A stretch of DNA of 64,000 nucleotides from an uncultured delta proteobacterium (GTDB lineage Bacteria; Myxococcota_A; Polyangia; Polyangiales; Polyangiaceae), in assembly GCA_963806225.1 (NCBI GenBank), contig CAWDXG010000004.1, positions 2,272,001 to 2,336,000 of the forward strand. The letters are read 5' to 3'. Position numbers and translations under genes: made by a program. This document shows positions 46,360 to 55,708 of the stretch, piece after piece. Numbering within the stretch: position 1 is the first letter of the stretch; each line of letters begins with the position of its first letter. Below the pieces are notes generated by a model. It saw only the letters and a program-made list of their open reading frames with translations. It searched no databases and was not told the DNA's origin.

Positions 46360-47658
46360 CTACTTGAGCGTCGAGTTCGTGACCTGAGCCGCGTTGTTCG
46401 ACTTGTAGAAGATACCCGGCAAGCCCTTGGTCTCGAACCCCTTGCTCGGGTTGTTCTCCAGGTCCGAGTCCTTGATGATCATCGAGCCGCTGCCGTCGTT
46501 CGACACGTAGAAGATGGCGCCGCCGCCCTCGTTGGCCGTGTTGTTGGTCATCTTCACGCCGCACAGGCTGAGCGTGTAGGTGTTGCCGTCGTTGTAGATG
46601 CCGCCGCCGCTGCCGCCGCCCGGCGTGCCGGCTTTTGCCGGGTTGGCGCCGTTGCCGATGGCGTTGTTATCCGAAAACAGGCTGTTGATAACCGTAAACG
46701 AGACGCCGATGCTGCTCAGCCCGCCGCCGTTCGAGCCGACGTTGCCGTAGCCCGCCTTGCCGCCGAACGTACTGTGCACGACGTAGACCGGCAGCGTGTT
46801 GTACTGGCTCAGCACGCGGACTGCCGCACCGCCCACGTCCGGTCCCGTCGCGTCGCACTTGTTGTTGAAGAAGCGGCTGTTGACGATCTTGAAGCGTCCG
46901 CCGCGCACGAAGATGGCGCCGCCCGCGCCTTCCGCGTCGGGAGACTTGTCGCCGGTGGCGTTGCCGTCGACGAACGTCAGGTTCTGCACCGTCAGGTGCG
47001 GGCTGTCCTGGTTCTGGCAGTGCGAGCTGGTCCACTTCTGCGCCTGGTCGCAGGTATTCATGTACAGGATGCGGTGCTTGCCGCCTCCGCTCAGCGTCAC
47101 CTTGCCGCCACCGTCGATGACGATCTCCGGCCCGGTGTCGTTCACGACCTTTGCCGTCGCAGTCAGCGTGATCTTCACCGGATCGGGACCGCAGTCGAAG
47201 GTGATGACACCGCCCTTGGCGACCGCGGCGACGAACGCCGCGGATGTGCAGCTCGCGGGCGTGCCGGTGCCGACGACGTGATCGGGGTTGGAGGTGTCCG
47301 CGGCCTGCGCCGCGGCCGGCACGGCACACTTGCCGTCCGGGTTGCCCGCGGGCGGACCACCGTCGGGATTGGTGTTCGGATTGCCGCCGACGCCACCGCC
47401 GCTGCCTCCGGTGCTCGTGCCCGCGCCGCTGCCTCCGGTGCTCGTGCCCGCGCCGCTGCCTCCGGTGCTCGTGCCCGCGCCGCTGCCTCCGGTGCTCGTG
47501 CCCGCGCCGCTGCCTCCGGTGCTCGTGCCCGCGCCGCTGCCGCCACTCGACGCGCCGGCGGCGCCGCCACCTCCTGCCGAGTTGCTGCTGCTTCCGCACG
47601 CCACCAACGCGCCGGCGGAGAGCACGGCACACAGGGACAAGACCAGCGTCTGCCTCAT
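46360..47658 (-). CDS. Lipoprotein with beta-helix (pectin-lyase/Pmp-like GGAI repeat) domain
   Basis: LVAC lipobox, Gly-rich linker, GGVITFDCG, and repeated GGAIF/GGGIY plus F.NN motifs. Confidence 0.82.
   Translation of the reverse strand: MRQTLVLSLCAVLSAGALVACGSSSNSAGGGGAAGASSGGSGAGTSTGGSGAGTSTGGSGAGTSTGGSGAGTSTGGSGAGTSTGGSGGGVGGNPNTNPDGGPPAGNPDGKCAVPAAAQAADTSNPDHVVGTGTPASCTSAAFVAAVAKGGVITFDCGPDPVKITLTATAKVVNDTGPEIVIDGGGKVTLSGGGKHRILYMNTCDQAQKWTSSHCQNQDSPHLTVQNLTFVDGNATGDKSPDAEGAGGAIFVRGGRFKIVNSRFFNNKCDATGPDVGGAAVRVLSQYNTLPVYVVHSTFGGKAGYGNVGSNGGGLSSIGVSFTVINSLFSDNNAIGNGANPAKAGTPGGGSGGGIYNDGNTYTLSLCGVKMTNNTANEGGGAIFYVSNDGSGSMIIKDSDLENNPSKGFETKGLPGIFYKSNNAAQVTNSTLK
47398..47540 (-). repeat. 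27-bp tandem repeat (5 copies) encoding GSGAGTSTG
   Basis: gccgctgcctccggtgctcgtgcccgc, perfect copies. Confidence 0.95.
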
Positions 47659-47720
47659 CTTCGACCTCCGCCTGGCATCGTACACGCTTTGTCGCGAAGA
47701 TGTGGGCGCGGCGCGGAGGC

Positions 47721-48980
47721 TCACAAGGTGCGCACGGGACCTACAGCGTCGCCCGCTGCGAGCGGCCGTGCTGCGGGTCGCAGCGCCACGAGCCACGAAC
47801 CGAGCCCCAGCACGCCGACCGCGGTTGCGCCCGCCACGATGGGCAACGCGGAAGTCCCACGATACAGCCACGCGACTCCTGCGACAACGCCGGCCAGTCG
47901 TGAGAGCTCGAGCGGCAACGCCCAGCGCTTCGACTCGAACAGCCCACCCCAGGCAATAACCGACGCCAGGATCAATCCGCACAAGAGTGCCAGCACGGAC
48001 GTCCGCGCGCTCGCCGCGATCCACAGGAAGACGGTCGTCGCCGCCGTGACGATCACGAAGTTGACGACCACGTAGGCCGCGAGCCCACGTGAAACCGGAA
48101 GCTGGTACTTCTGCTGTGCGTCGCGGCTGGCTTCCGGCACGGTGACCGGACCGCCCAGGTCCGCCGGCTGCCACTCCGGCGGCATGAACCAGACCTTGAG
48201 CTTGTCGATGAAGCGCCGGCTCCGCCGCGCCATCGAGCCCATCTTCACCCAGTACTCGAGATTGGCCCAGAGCGGATTGAAGCTCGCGAGCGGCTTGACC
48301 GTGCCGTAGACGGGCTCCTGCTCTTCCTTCTGGAAGGTGCCGAACAGGCGATCCCAGATGATGAAGATGCCGGCGTAGTTCCTGTCCACGTACTCGGGGT
48401 TGACACCATGGTGCACGCGATGGTGCGACGGCGTGTTGAGCACCCACTCCAGTGGCCCGAGCGTTCCGACGGCGCGGGTGTGGATCCAGAACTGGTAGAG
48501 CGTGTTGAGCGTGCTCATGCCGACGAACATCAGCGGCGAGAAGCCGAGCACGGCCAGCGGCAGATAGAACAGCGGCGCCATCAGCGTCTCGATCCAGCTC
48601 TGCCTCAGAGCGACCGAGAGGTTGTACTCCTCGCTCTGGTGGTGGACGACGTGCGCCGCCCAGAACACGTTGATGCGATGACTGGCGCGGTGGAAGACGT
48701 AGTAGAAGAGATCCACCCCGAACAAGAGCGCCACCCAGGCCCCCACGGAATGGTTGGACACGGTCCAGAGCCGTGCGTGGTCGTACAGGAGCACGTAGCC
48801 GACGAGCCCGGCGCCCTTGAGGAACGGCCCGAGCACCTGCTGGCCGATGCCGCAGGACAGGTTCGTGATCGAGTCCTGGAAGTTGTAGCCGAGCTCGCCC
48901 TGGCGCCGCCGCACCCAGAGCTCCAGCCCGATCATCGCGAAGAAGAACGGGACGGCCAGGGCGATGTACTTCTCGTCCAT
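47721..48980 (-). CDS. Sterol desaturase / alkylglycerol monooxygenase-like membrane hydroxylase
   Basis: His boxes FHRASH, HVVHHQSEEYNLSVALRQ, QFWIHT, PSHHRVHH; IIWDRLFGTF. Confidence 0.9.
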   Translation of the reverse strand: MDEKYIALAVPFFFAMIGLELWVRRRQGELGYNFQDSITNLSCGIGQQVLGPFLKGAGLVGYVLLYDHARLWTVSNHSVGAWVALLFGVDLFYYVFHRASHRINVFWAAHVVHHQSEEYNLSVALRQSWIETLMAPLFYLPLAVLGFSPLMFVGMSTLNTLYQFWIHTRAVGTLGPLEWVLNTPSHHRVHHGVNPEYVDRNYAGIFIIWDRLFGTFQKEEQEPVYGTVKPLASFNPLWANLEYWVKMGSMARRSRRFIDKLKVWFMPPEWQPADLGGPVTVPEASRDAQQKYQLPVSRGLAAYVVVNFVIVTAATTVFLWIAASARTSVLALLCGLILASVIAWGGLFESKRWALPLELSRLAGVVAGVAWLYRGTSALPIVAGATAVGVLGLGSWLVALRPAARPLAAGDAVGPVRTL

Positions 48981-49023
48981 GCTACGCGGGCAGCATAGCA
49001 CTGGGCCCGCGCGCGGCCGCCGC

Positions 49024-49545
49024 TCAGTAGCACTTGCGGAAGCGCGCGCTGCCTGACAACGCGTCGCAGTCGATGTCCAGCGACCCGTCGATGAGGTGAC
49101 CCGGCGCACCCGAGACCGCAGCGTGCGAGCGGTGCACGACGACCTGGAAGCGGCGGCAATGCGACCCGTCGAGCACGACGGGCTTGGCGCGACCAGGCAG
49201 TGAGACGCTGACGAGCCGACCGCGCGTCGGGTTCTGGATCACGCGCACGATGGGCTGCCGGTATTCGCTGCCGGTCAGGTACCAGTGAAAGCGCTGTTCG
49301 CGGTGCATCAGCTGTGCCCCCAGATATCCGGCCTCGATACCCGAGCTGCAGTAGTTGGGCGCCAGGGTGAAGTGCCCGAGCTCGCCGCCGTGGGCGGTGA
49401 GCGTGCCGTGCACGTCCGAACCACTGTGGTTCTCCATCAAGCTGAGCCCGACGAACGCGAACACGGCGAGCACGCTCACAAGGACGATCAGCAGCGATGT
49501 GCGTCGCGACGCCCTGCGGCGGGGTGGCTCCAGAGGGATTTCCAC
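49024..49545 (-). CDS. Hypothetical membrane-anchored protein (start uncertain)
   Basis: Single N-terminal TM followed by a Cys-containing beta-rich domain. Confidence 0.55.
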   Translation of the reverse strand: MEIPLEPPRRRASRRTSLLIVLVSVLAVFAFVGLSLMENHSGSDVHGTLTAHGGELGHFTLAPNYCSSGIEAGYLGAQLMHREQRFHWYLTGSEYRQPIVRVIQNPTRGRLVSVSLPGRAKPVVLDGSHCRRFQVVVHRSHAAVSGAPGHLIDGSLDIDCDALSGSARFRKCY

Positions 49546-49578
49546 GCCGGGAGAGTAGCGGAGGGCTGCCGCCGAATA

Positions 49579-49658
49579 CGTAGCAAAATGCCACATAGTC
49601 GCGCCCATTTCGTAGACAATTGTCACGACCACATCCAGAAACGTGACATTTTGCTACG
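49579..49658. promoter_or_regulatory. Three phased 16-bp operator-like boxes
   Basis: CGTAGCAAAATGCCAC (49579), CGTAGACAATTGTCAC (49611), and inverted CGTAGCAAAATGTCAC (49643-49658). Confidence 0.65.
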
Positions 49659-49798
49659 GCCTAACGGCCTGGGTTCGGCGGCACCGTTCATTGCCTACAG
49701 TTCCCTACCCTGCTAGATGCCTGCCCTTCTGCTGGCGAACGGACGCGGCACCACTTTGTGCGCTCGCTCCGCAGCAGCGCTCGGAAGGAGAGCAGCAC

Positions 49799-50431
49799 AT
49801 GATGAAGAAGGCGCTTCTACTTGGGGTTGTGACGATCAGCCTCGTGGGCTTGGGAACTGCGTGCGTGAGCACCACCACGGGTGGCGGCACCGGCGGCAGC
49901 GGCGGCGGACTGGCCGGCGCCGGTGGCATGGCGACCGGCGGCACCGGTGGCGGCACCGGCGGCATGAGCACGGGCGGCACGGGCGGCATGAGCACCGGCG
50001 GCACGGGCGGCATGAGCACCGGCGGCACCGGCGGCAGCTCGAATGTGACGCTCCCAACCGGTTGCGTCGCGAATCCCTCGCAGGTGCAGCTCGACTGCAA
50101 CCCCGTCACCAACGAAGGCTGCGACACCGCCGCCGGCCAGGCGTGCGACTTCAGCCAGAGCGGCTGGACCTGCTACGACCCGCCGAACGACGCGAAGTCG
50201 GGCGACACCTGCGACGTGGCGAACGGCCCCTACTGCCAGGGCACGCTGACCTGTGACATCCCGCCGAGCGACGCCGGTACGAGCGACGCCGGTGCGAGCG
50301 ACGCCGGTGGCGACGCTGGGCAGAACACGGTCGGCACCTGCAAGCACTACTGCTGCTCGGACAGCGACTGCAACGGCGGTACGTGCACGGCGTTCAACAC
50401 GCAGTTCGGCACGCTGGGTGTCTGCAACTAG
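49799..50431 (+). CDS. Cys-rich lipoprotein with GGTGGMST linker repeats
   Basis: GGAG RBS, GTAC lipobox, CNPVTNEGC and CKHYCCSDSDC motifs. Confidence 0.85.
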   Translation: MMKKALLLGVVTISLVGLGTACVSTTTGGGTGGSGGGLAGAGGMATGGTGGGTGGMSTGGTGGMSTGGTGGMSTGGTGGSSNVTLPTGCVANPSQVQLDCNPVTNEGCDTAAGQACDFSQSGWTCYDPPNDAKSGDTCDVANGPYCQGTLTCDIPPSDAGTSDAGASDAGGDAGQNTVGTCKHYCCSDSDCNGGTCTAFNTQFGTLGVCN

Positions 50432-50454
50432 CCCGGTCTGATCCGTTTGAAACC

Positions 50455-50489
50455 GCGCCCGGCGTTTCGACGCCGGGCGCTTTTTCTTT
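50455..50489 (+). terminator. Rho-independent terminator
   Basis: GCGCCCGGCG-TTTCGA-CGCCGGGCGC followed by TTTTTCTTT. Confidence 0.9.
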
Positions 50490-50553
50490 GTGCGCAGGTT
50501 GACCGGGTTCGAAGCAACTTGAGACCCGCCGCGAATCGAAGCACGCTCGCGCC

Positions 50554-51774
50554 ATGACTGCTCCGCACCAGCCCTTCGGCGACCGTGACGCGACATTCGA
50601 GGCCTTTGCGCGGCACGTCTCGCGCGGCAAGGTGGACACGTTCCGGGAATTCGGCATCGACGTGGTGATGGGCGCGCGCGAGGGCGCGCGGTTCTTCGAC
50701 GCGTACTCGGACCGCAGCTTCGTGAACTGCCACTCCAACGGCGGCGTGTTCAACCTCGGCCACCGGAATCCCCGGGTCGTCGGCGCGGTACGCCGCGCCC
50801 TCGACACGCTCGACATCGGCAACCACCATCTCGTTTCCGGGATCCGCGCGGAGCTCGCGGCGCGCCTGGCCGCCACGACGGGCGGGCGGCTGTCGGGCGT
50901 CGTGTTCGCCGTCGCGGGCGGCGAGGCGGCCGATCTGTCCATCAAGGTCGCGCGCGGCGTGACCGGCCGGCAGAAGATCATCTCGGCCAAGGGCGGCTAT
51001 CACGGCCACACCGGCCTGGCTCTGGCGACGGGGGATCCGCAATACCGCGAGCCGTTCGGAGCGAACCCACCGGGGTTCGTCCAGGTACCGTTCGACAACC
51101 TGGAAGCACTCGACAGCGAGCTCGACGACACCACCGCCGCGGTCATCCTCGAGACCATCCCCGCGACGCTCGGCATGCCCCTGCCCTCGCCCGGCTACCT
51201 CGCCGGCGTGCAGCGGCTGTGCCACGAGCGCGGCGCGAAGCTGATCCTCGACGAGGTCCAGACCGGCCTCGGCCGCACGGGCCGCATCTGGTGCTACCAG
51301 CACGACGAGCTGGAGCCGGACATGGTGCTCACCGGCAAGGGCCTGAGCGGCGGCATCTACCCCATCGCGGCCACGCTGATGACGCGCGAGCTGCATGCGT
51401 TCTTCGACGATCACCCTTTCATCCACATCTCCACCTTCGGCGGGGCGGAGCTCGGCTGCACGGCGGCGCTGACGGTGCTCGACATCATCGAGGAGCCCGG
51501 CTTCCTCGACGCCGTCACCGATGCGTCCGATCGCATCGCCACCGGGTTCGACGGCCTGCCCTTCACACTGCGCCGCAAGGGGCTGATGATGGGGCTGAAG
51601 TTCGAGGCGGACGGCGGCGGCATGCTGGCCGCCAAGCTGCTCTACGACCAGGGAGTGTTCGCCGTGTACGCCAACAACGACCGCTCCGTCCTCCAGTTCC
51701 TACCGCCGCTCACGCTCGGCCGCGACGAGACGGACGACCTGATCGCCCGCGTGCGCCACGCATTCGGATCATGA
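50554..51774 (+). CDS. Class-III PLP aminotransferase (ArgD/putrescine aminotransferase-like)
   Basis: NLGHRNP, GGEA, YHGHT, DEVQTG, GKGLSGG and STFGG motifs. Confidence 0.93.
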   Translation: MTAPHQPFGDRDATFEAFARHVSRGKVDTFREFGIDVVMGAREGARFFDAYSDRSFVNCHSNGGVFNLGHRNPRVVGAVRRALDTLDIGNHHLVSGIRAELAARLAATTGGRLSGVVFAVAGGEAADLSIKVARGVTGRQKIISAKGGYHGHTGLALATGDPQYREPFGANPPGFVQVPFDNLEALDSELDDTTAAVILETIPATLGMPLPSPGYLAGVQRLCHERGAKLILDEVQTGLGRTGRIWCYQHDELEPDMVLTGKGLSGGIYPIAATLMTRELHAFFDDHPFIHISTFGGAELGCTAALTVLDIIEEPGFLDAVTDASDRIATGFDGLPFTLRRKGLMMGLKFEADGGGMLAAKLLYDQGVFAVYANNDRSVLQFLPPLTLGRDETDDLIARVRHAFGS

Positions 51775-52661
51775 CGATCAGCGACCCGGAGCTGCGCGCG
51801 CTCGAGCAGACCGTCGTGGGCGCGCTCGACAGCGGCGACGAGAGCGGGCTCACGGTGCTCGGCTACGGCGAGATCTCGGCGGTGCTCGCGGTGGACACGC
51901 CCGGTGGGCGCTTTGCGGCCAAGCGGCTGCCACCGTTCTCCGGCGCTTCGATCCTCGCGGCCTACCGGAACACGCTCGAGACGTACATCGCCGCGCTCGA
52001 GACCGCCGGCCTGCGCGTGGTGCCGACCACGCTGCAGTCCGTCACGCGCCCCGACGGCAGCCTCACGGCGTACGCCGTGCAGCCGATCCTGGATCCAGCG
52101 TCGTTGGGTCCCAAAAAGCTCGCGCGCGCGGACGCCCACGAGGCGGAGCGGCTGCTCTCCGCGCTGGTGACGCTCGTGCTCGCCGCGGTGACGCCCTCGC
52201 TCGGGCTCGACGGGCAGCTCAGCAACTGGGCGTGGGACGGGGAAAGCTGGAGCTACCTGGACGTGACCACGCCGTTGATGCGCGATGCGCGCGGTCGCGA
52301 GCTCCTGGACCTCGAGCTGTTCCTCTGCTCGCTGCCTTGGGCGCTCAGGCCCGTGGTGCGGCGCTTCCTGCTGCGCGAGATCCTCGACAAGTACTACGAG
52401 CCGCGCGGCGTGCTGCTCGATCTGGCCGGCAACCTGCACAAGGAGGGGCTGGAGCCCTGCATCGCGCCGCTGCTCGAGCTGGCCAACCAGCACGTCTCGC
52501 CGCCGATCACGGCGTCGGAGGTGAAGGGCTACTACGCCTCGGACGCCCGCACCTGGGCGCTCCTGCAGCGGCTGCGGCGCGCCGACCGGGTCTGGCAGCG
52601 ACGGGTGCGCCGGCGCAGCTACGCATTCCTGCTGCCGGGCGCGATCGAGCGGCGCGTGTGA
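51771..52661 (+). CDS. Conserved hypothetical protein (DUF6206-like), protein-kinase-like fold suspected
   Basis: LGYGEIS, AAKRL, LDGQLSNW and YLDVTTP motifs; ATGA-coupled to the aminotransferase. Confidence 0.65.
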   Translation: MTISDPELRALEQTVVGALDSGDESGLTVLGYGEISAVLAVDTPGGRFAAKRLPPFSGASILAAYRNTLETYIAALETAGLRVVPTTLQSVTRPDGSLTAYAVQPILDPASLGPKKLARADAHEAERLLSALVTLVLAAVTPSLGLDGQLSNWAWDGESWSYLDVTTPLMRDARGRELLDLELFLCSLPWALRPVVRRFLLREILDKYYEPRGVLLDLAGNLHKEGLEPCIAPLLELANQHVSPPITASEVKGYYASDARTWALLQRLRRADRVWQRRVRRRSYAFLLPGAIERRV

Positions 52662-52728
52662 CGTCCGTCATGTGCGGCGCCACCGGCTAGCGGCAGGATG
52701 CGGCGTGGACGAAGTGCGCGGGGACGGC

Positions 52729-53562
52729 ATGCTGGGATTGCTCTCACGGGCGATCCCACGCGCCACCGATGACGACCTGGAGCTCAGGGATCCGGCGCGC
52801 GTGGAGGCTTTCGCGCGCTGGGTCGAGCTCTTCGTGGCGCGCTACCACCGCGCGGAGGTGCGCGGGACGGGCCGCGTTCCGAAAGGGGCGGCGCTGATCG
52901 TCGGCAACCACAACGCAGGCGCGTGGTCGGCGGACATGTTCCTCCTGGGGACGGCCCTGTATCGAGCGCACGGGCTGGAAGGGACGCCGTACGGACTGGC
53001 GCACGAGGTCGTGCTGGGGCTGCCGGGAGCCCGGCAGCTGCTCATCCCGCTCGGCGCGCTGCGCGCCAGCCACGAAACGGCCCGGCGCGTGTTCGACGCG
53101 GGGCGGCGCGTGCTCGTCTACCCGGGCGGCGACCTGGAAGCGATGCGGCCGTATCGCGATCGCGACCGCATCGTGTTCGGAGGACGCAAAGGCTACATCC
53201 GGCTCGCGCTGCGTTCCGGAGTGCCGGTTGTTCCGGTGGTCGCGGCGGGCGCGCACGAGACGTTCATCGTTATCGACGACCTGCGCTGGCTGGCGCGCGC
53301 GCTGCGCGCCGAGCGCTGGTTACGCGTCGGGGTGTGGCCGCTCACGCTGTGCCTGCCGTGGGGTATCACGCTGGGCCCGATGATCCCCTACGTGGCGCTG
53401 CCGACACGCATCCTGATCGAGTTCCTCGAGCCAATCCAGTTTTCGCGGAGCGGGCCGGACGCAGCGGCGGACCGCACGTACGTCGACGAGTGTGACCGCC
53501 AGGTGCGCGAGACGATGCAGCGCGCGCTCACAAGGCTCGCCGAAGAGCGGCGAGCGGGCTAG
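52729..53562 (+). CDS. Lysophospholipid/diacylglycerol acyltransferase family protein
   Basis: VGNHNAGAWSAD, VYPGG..E, RKGYIRLAL and VVPV motifs. Confidence 0.88.
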   Translation: MLGLLSRAIPRATDDDLELRDPARVEAFARWVELFVARYHRAEVRGTGRVPKGAALIVGNHNAGAWSADMFLLGTALYRAHGLEGTPYGLAHEVVLGLPGARQLLIPLGALRASHETARRVFDAGRRVLVYPGGDLEAMRPYRDRDRIVFGGRKGYIRLALRSGVPVVPVVAAGAHETFIVIDDLRWLARALRAERWLRVGVWPLTLCLPWGITLGPMIPYVALPTRILIEFLEPIQFSRSGPDAAADRTYVDECDRQVRETMQRALTRLAEERRAG

Positions 53563-53566
53563 CGCG

Positions 53567-55591
53567 TCAGTACACCAGCCACTTCGTCTTGCCGACGGCC
53601 GGATCGTCGCCCGCTAGCGAGCCCGTGCACGTCTCCATCACGGTCATCTCGGGGGCTGCGTTGCCGACCATGTCGAGCGTCGTGTACGCGGGGCGCGCGT
53701 AGCCGTTGTACGAGTCGCAGTACGTGCTCCCGCTCGTGTCGTAGAAGTACCCCTTTGCGTAGTCCCCCGGCAGGCACCACTCGACAGGCGGGGTCGAAAA
53801 GCCGTTCGCTCCAGCCCGGTAGAGCAACCAGTAGGCCTTGCCCACGGCCGGGTCGTCGCCCGCCAGCGAACCGGTGCACGTCTCCGTCACCACCAGATCG
53901 GGACGCCCGTCCGCGTCCATGTCGCGAAGCTGGTAGGCGGGACGCGCGTAGCCGTTGTACGAGTCGCAGTACGTGCTTCCGCTGGTGTCGTAGAAGTAGC
54001 CTTTCGCGTAGTCTGTCGGCAGCGCGAAGTCGCTCGGCGTCGACGCGAAGCCGCTCGCGCTGCCGGCGTACACCCGCCACTTCGTCTTGCCCACGGCCGG
54101 ATCATCACCCGCGAGCGAGCCCGTGCACGTCTCCGTCACCAGCAGATCCGGTCGCCCGTCTGCCGTCATGTCCAGCACCTGGTAGGCGGGGCGTGCGTAG
54201 CCGTTGTACGAATCGCAATACGTGCTCCCGCTCATCGCGTACCAGTAGCCCTTCGCGTAGCCCGTCGGCAGCGAGAAGTCACTCGCCGTCGAGGCGAAGC
54301 CGCTCGCTCCGCCCGCATACACCCGCCACTTCGTCTTGCCCACGGCCGGGTCGTCGCCCGCCAGCGTGCCTGTGCACGTCTCGGTCACGACCAGCTCCGG
54401 ACGCCCGTCTGCGGTCATGTCCAGCACCTGGTAGGCCGGGCGCGCGTAGCCGTTATACGAGTCGCAGTACGTGCTCCCGGTCGTGTCGTAGAAGTACCCC
54501 TTCGCGTAGTCCGTCGGCAACGCGTAGTCGCTCGGTGTCGACGCAAAGCCGGAGCCGGAGTTGCGGTAGACGCGCCACTTCGTCTTGCCCACCGCCGGGT
54601 CGTCACCGGCGAGCGAGCCCGTGCACGTCTCCGTCACGAGCAGATCGAGCCGGCCGTCGCCGTCCATGTCCATCAGCTGGTAGGCGGGGCGGGCGTAGCC
54701 GTTGTACGAGTCGCAGTACGTGCTCCCGCTCGTGTCGTAGAAGTACCCCTTCGCGTAGTCCGTCGGCAGCGCAAAGGCGCTCGGCGTCGAGGCAAAACCG
54801 GACCCGGTGTTCTTGTAGAGCAGCCACTTCGTCTTTCCCACGTCGGGGTCGTCGCCGGCGAGCGAACCCGTGCAGGTCTCCGTCACCACCAGATCCGGCA
54901 ACCCATCGCCGTCGAGATCGATCACGTGGTAGGCCGGGCGCGCATAGCCGTTGTACGAGTCGCAGTAGGTGCTCCCGCTCGTGTCGTAGAAGTAGCCCTT
55001 CGCGTAGTCCGTCGGCAGCGCGAACGAGAGCGGATTCTGGGCGAAGCCGACGCCGCTTGTGCAGACGTAGCTGGCAGCAGCGTCGCTCGCGTCCGCCGCA
55101 CCGCCATCGCTGGCGTCCACGCCGGCGTCGGCGCTCGCATCGGGCGCGCCACTGTCACTCGCATCCGTGCCGGTGTCGGCGCTCCCGTCCGTGCCGGTGT
55201 CGGCGCTCCCGTCCGTGCCGGTGTCGGCGTCCGTGCCGGTGTCGGCGCCCGCGTCCGTGCCAGCGTCAGCGCCCGCATCCAGGCCGGCGTCGGCGCCCGC
55301 ATCCGCCGAACCACCGTCGCTCGCGTCCATTCCCGCATCCGACCCGCTGTCGCCGGCGTCCGACCCGCTGTCGCCACCGGCGTCGCTGCCCGCGTCCGCG
55401 CCCGCATCGCCGCCGGCGTCGCTCGCGGTCGCGTCGTTCCCCGCATCGGCCGCAGTGGCAGGCGCATCGACAACCGCTCCGTCGCCGGCAGAGCCACCCG
55501 CACCACCGGGAGCACCCGACCCGCTGCTGCCACAGCCGGCCAGCGCGATCGCGAACGGAACCGCCAGGAACGCGAGCTTCAGGCGTTGCAT
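53567..55591 (-). CDS. Lipoprotein with DAG-rich linker and six near-identical 83-aa FG-GAP/VCBS-like repeats
   Basis: LAGC lipobox; D(L/M)xxDGxPDL-type Ca-binding loop in each repeat. Confidence 0.87.
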   Translation of the reverse strand: MQRLKLAFLAVPFAIALAGCGSSGSGAPGGAGGSAGDGAVVDAPATAADAGNDATASDAGGDAGADAGSDAGGDSGSDAGDSGSDAGMDASDGGSADAGADAGLDAGADAGTDAGADTGTDADTGTDGSADTGTDGSADTGTDASDSGAPDASADAGVDASDGGAADASDAAASYVCTSGVGFAQNPLSFALPTDYAKGYFYDTSGSTYCDSYNGYARPAYHVIDLDGDGLPDLVVTETCTGSLAGDDPDVGKTKWLLYKNTGSGFASTPSAFALPTDYAKGYFYDTSGSTYCDSYNGYARPAYQLMDMDGDGRLDLLVTETCTGSLAGDDPAVGKTKWRVYRNSGSGFASTPSDYALPTDYAKGYFYDTTGSTYCDSYNGYARPAYQVLDMTADGRPELVVTETCTGTLAGDDPAVGKTKWRVYAGGASGFASTASDFSLPTGYAKGYWYAMSGSTYCDSYNGYARPAYQVLDMTADGRPDLLVTETCTGSLAGDDPAVGKTKWRVYAGSASGFASTPSDFALPTDYAKGYFYDTSGSTYCDSYNGYARPAYQLRDMDADGRPDLVVTETCTGSLAGDDPAVGKAYWLLYRAGANGFSTPPVEWCLPGDYAKGYFYDTSGSTYCDSYNGYARPAYTTLDMVGNAAPEMTVMETCTGSLAGDDPAVGKTKWLVY
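53570..55060 (-). repeat. 249-bp tandem coding repeat, 6 copies
   Basis: tagccgtt(g/a)tacga(g/a)tcgca recurs at about 53700, 53949, 54198, 54447, 54696 and 54945. Confidence 0.95.
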
Positions 55592-55708
55592 CGCGCGCCA
55601 CAGTATCCAGATCGTCGCGCGGCGCAACGGTCGACGAATCGATTCCGTCGCCTCGAACGCCGTCGGGAAGGTTCCTGCTCCGCGCGCCGTATCATGCGCG
55701 CCCGCCGC

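Noticed and set aside
49676..49762. Two sigma54-like elements (CGGCACCGTTCATTGC, CGGCACCACTTTGTGC)
   Set aside because: GG-to-GC spacing is 11 nt rather than the required 10
53570..55060. Regularly spaced repeats suggesting a CRISPR array
   Set aside because: The period is 249 bp, the intervening sequence is also repeated, it is in-frame coding, and there are no cas genes
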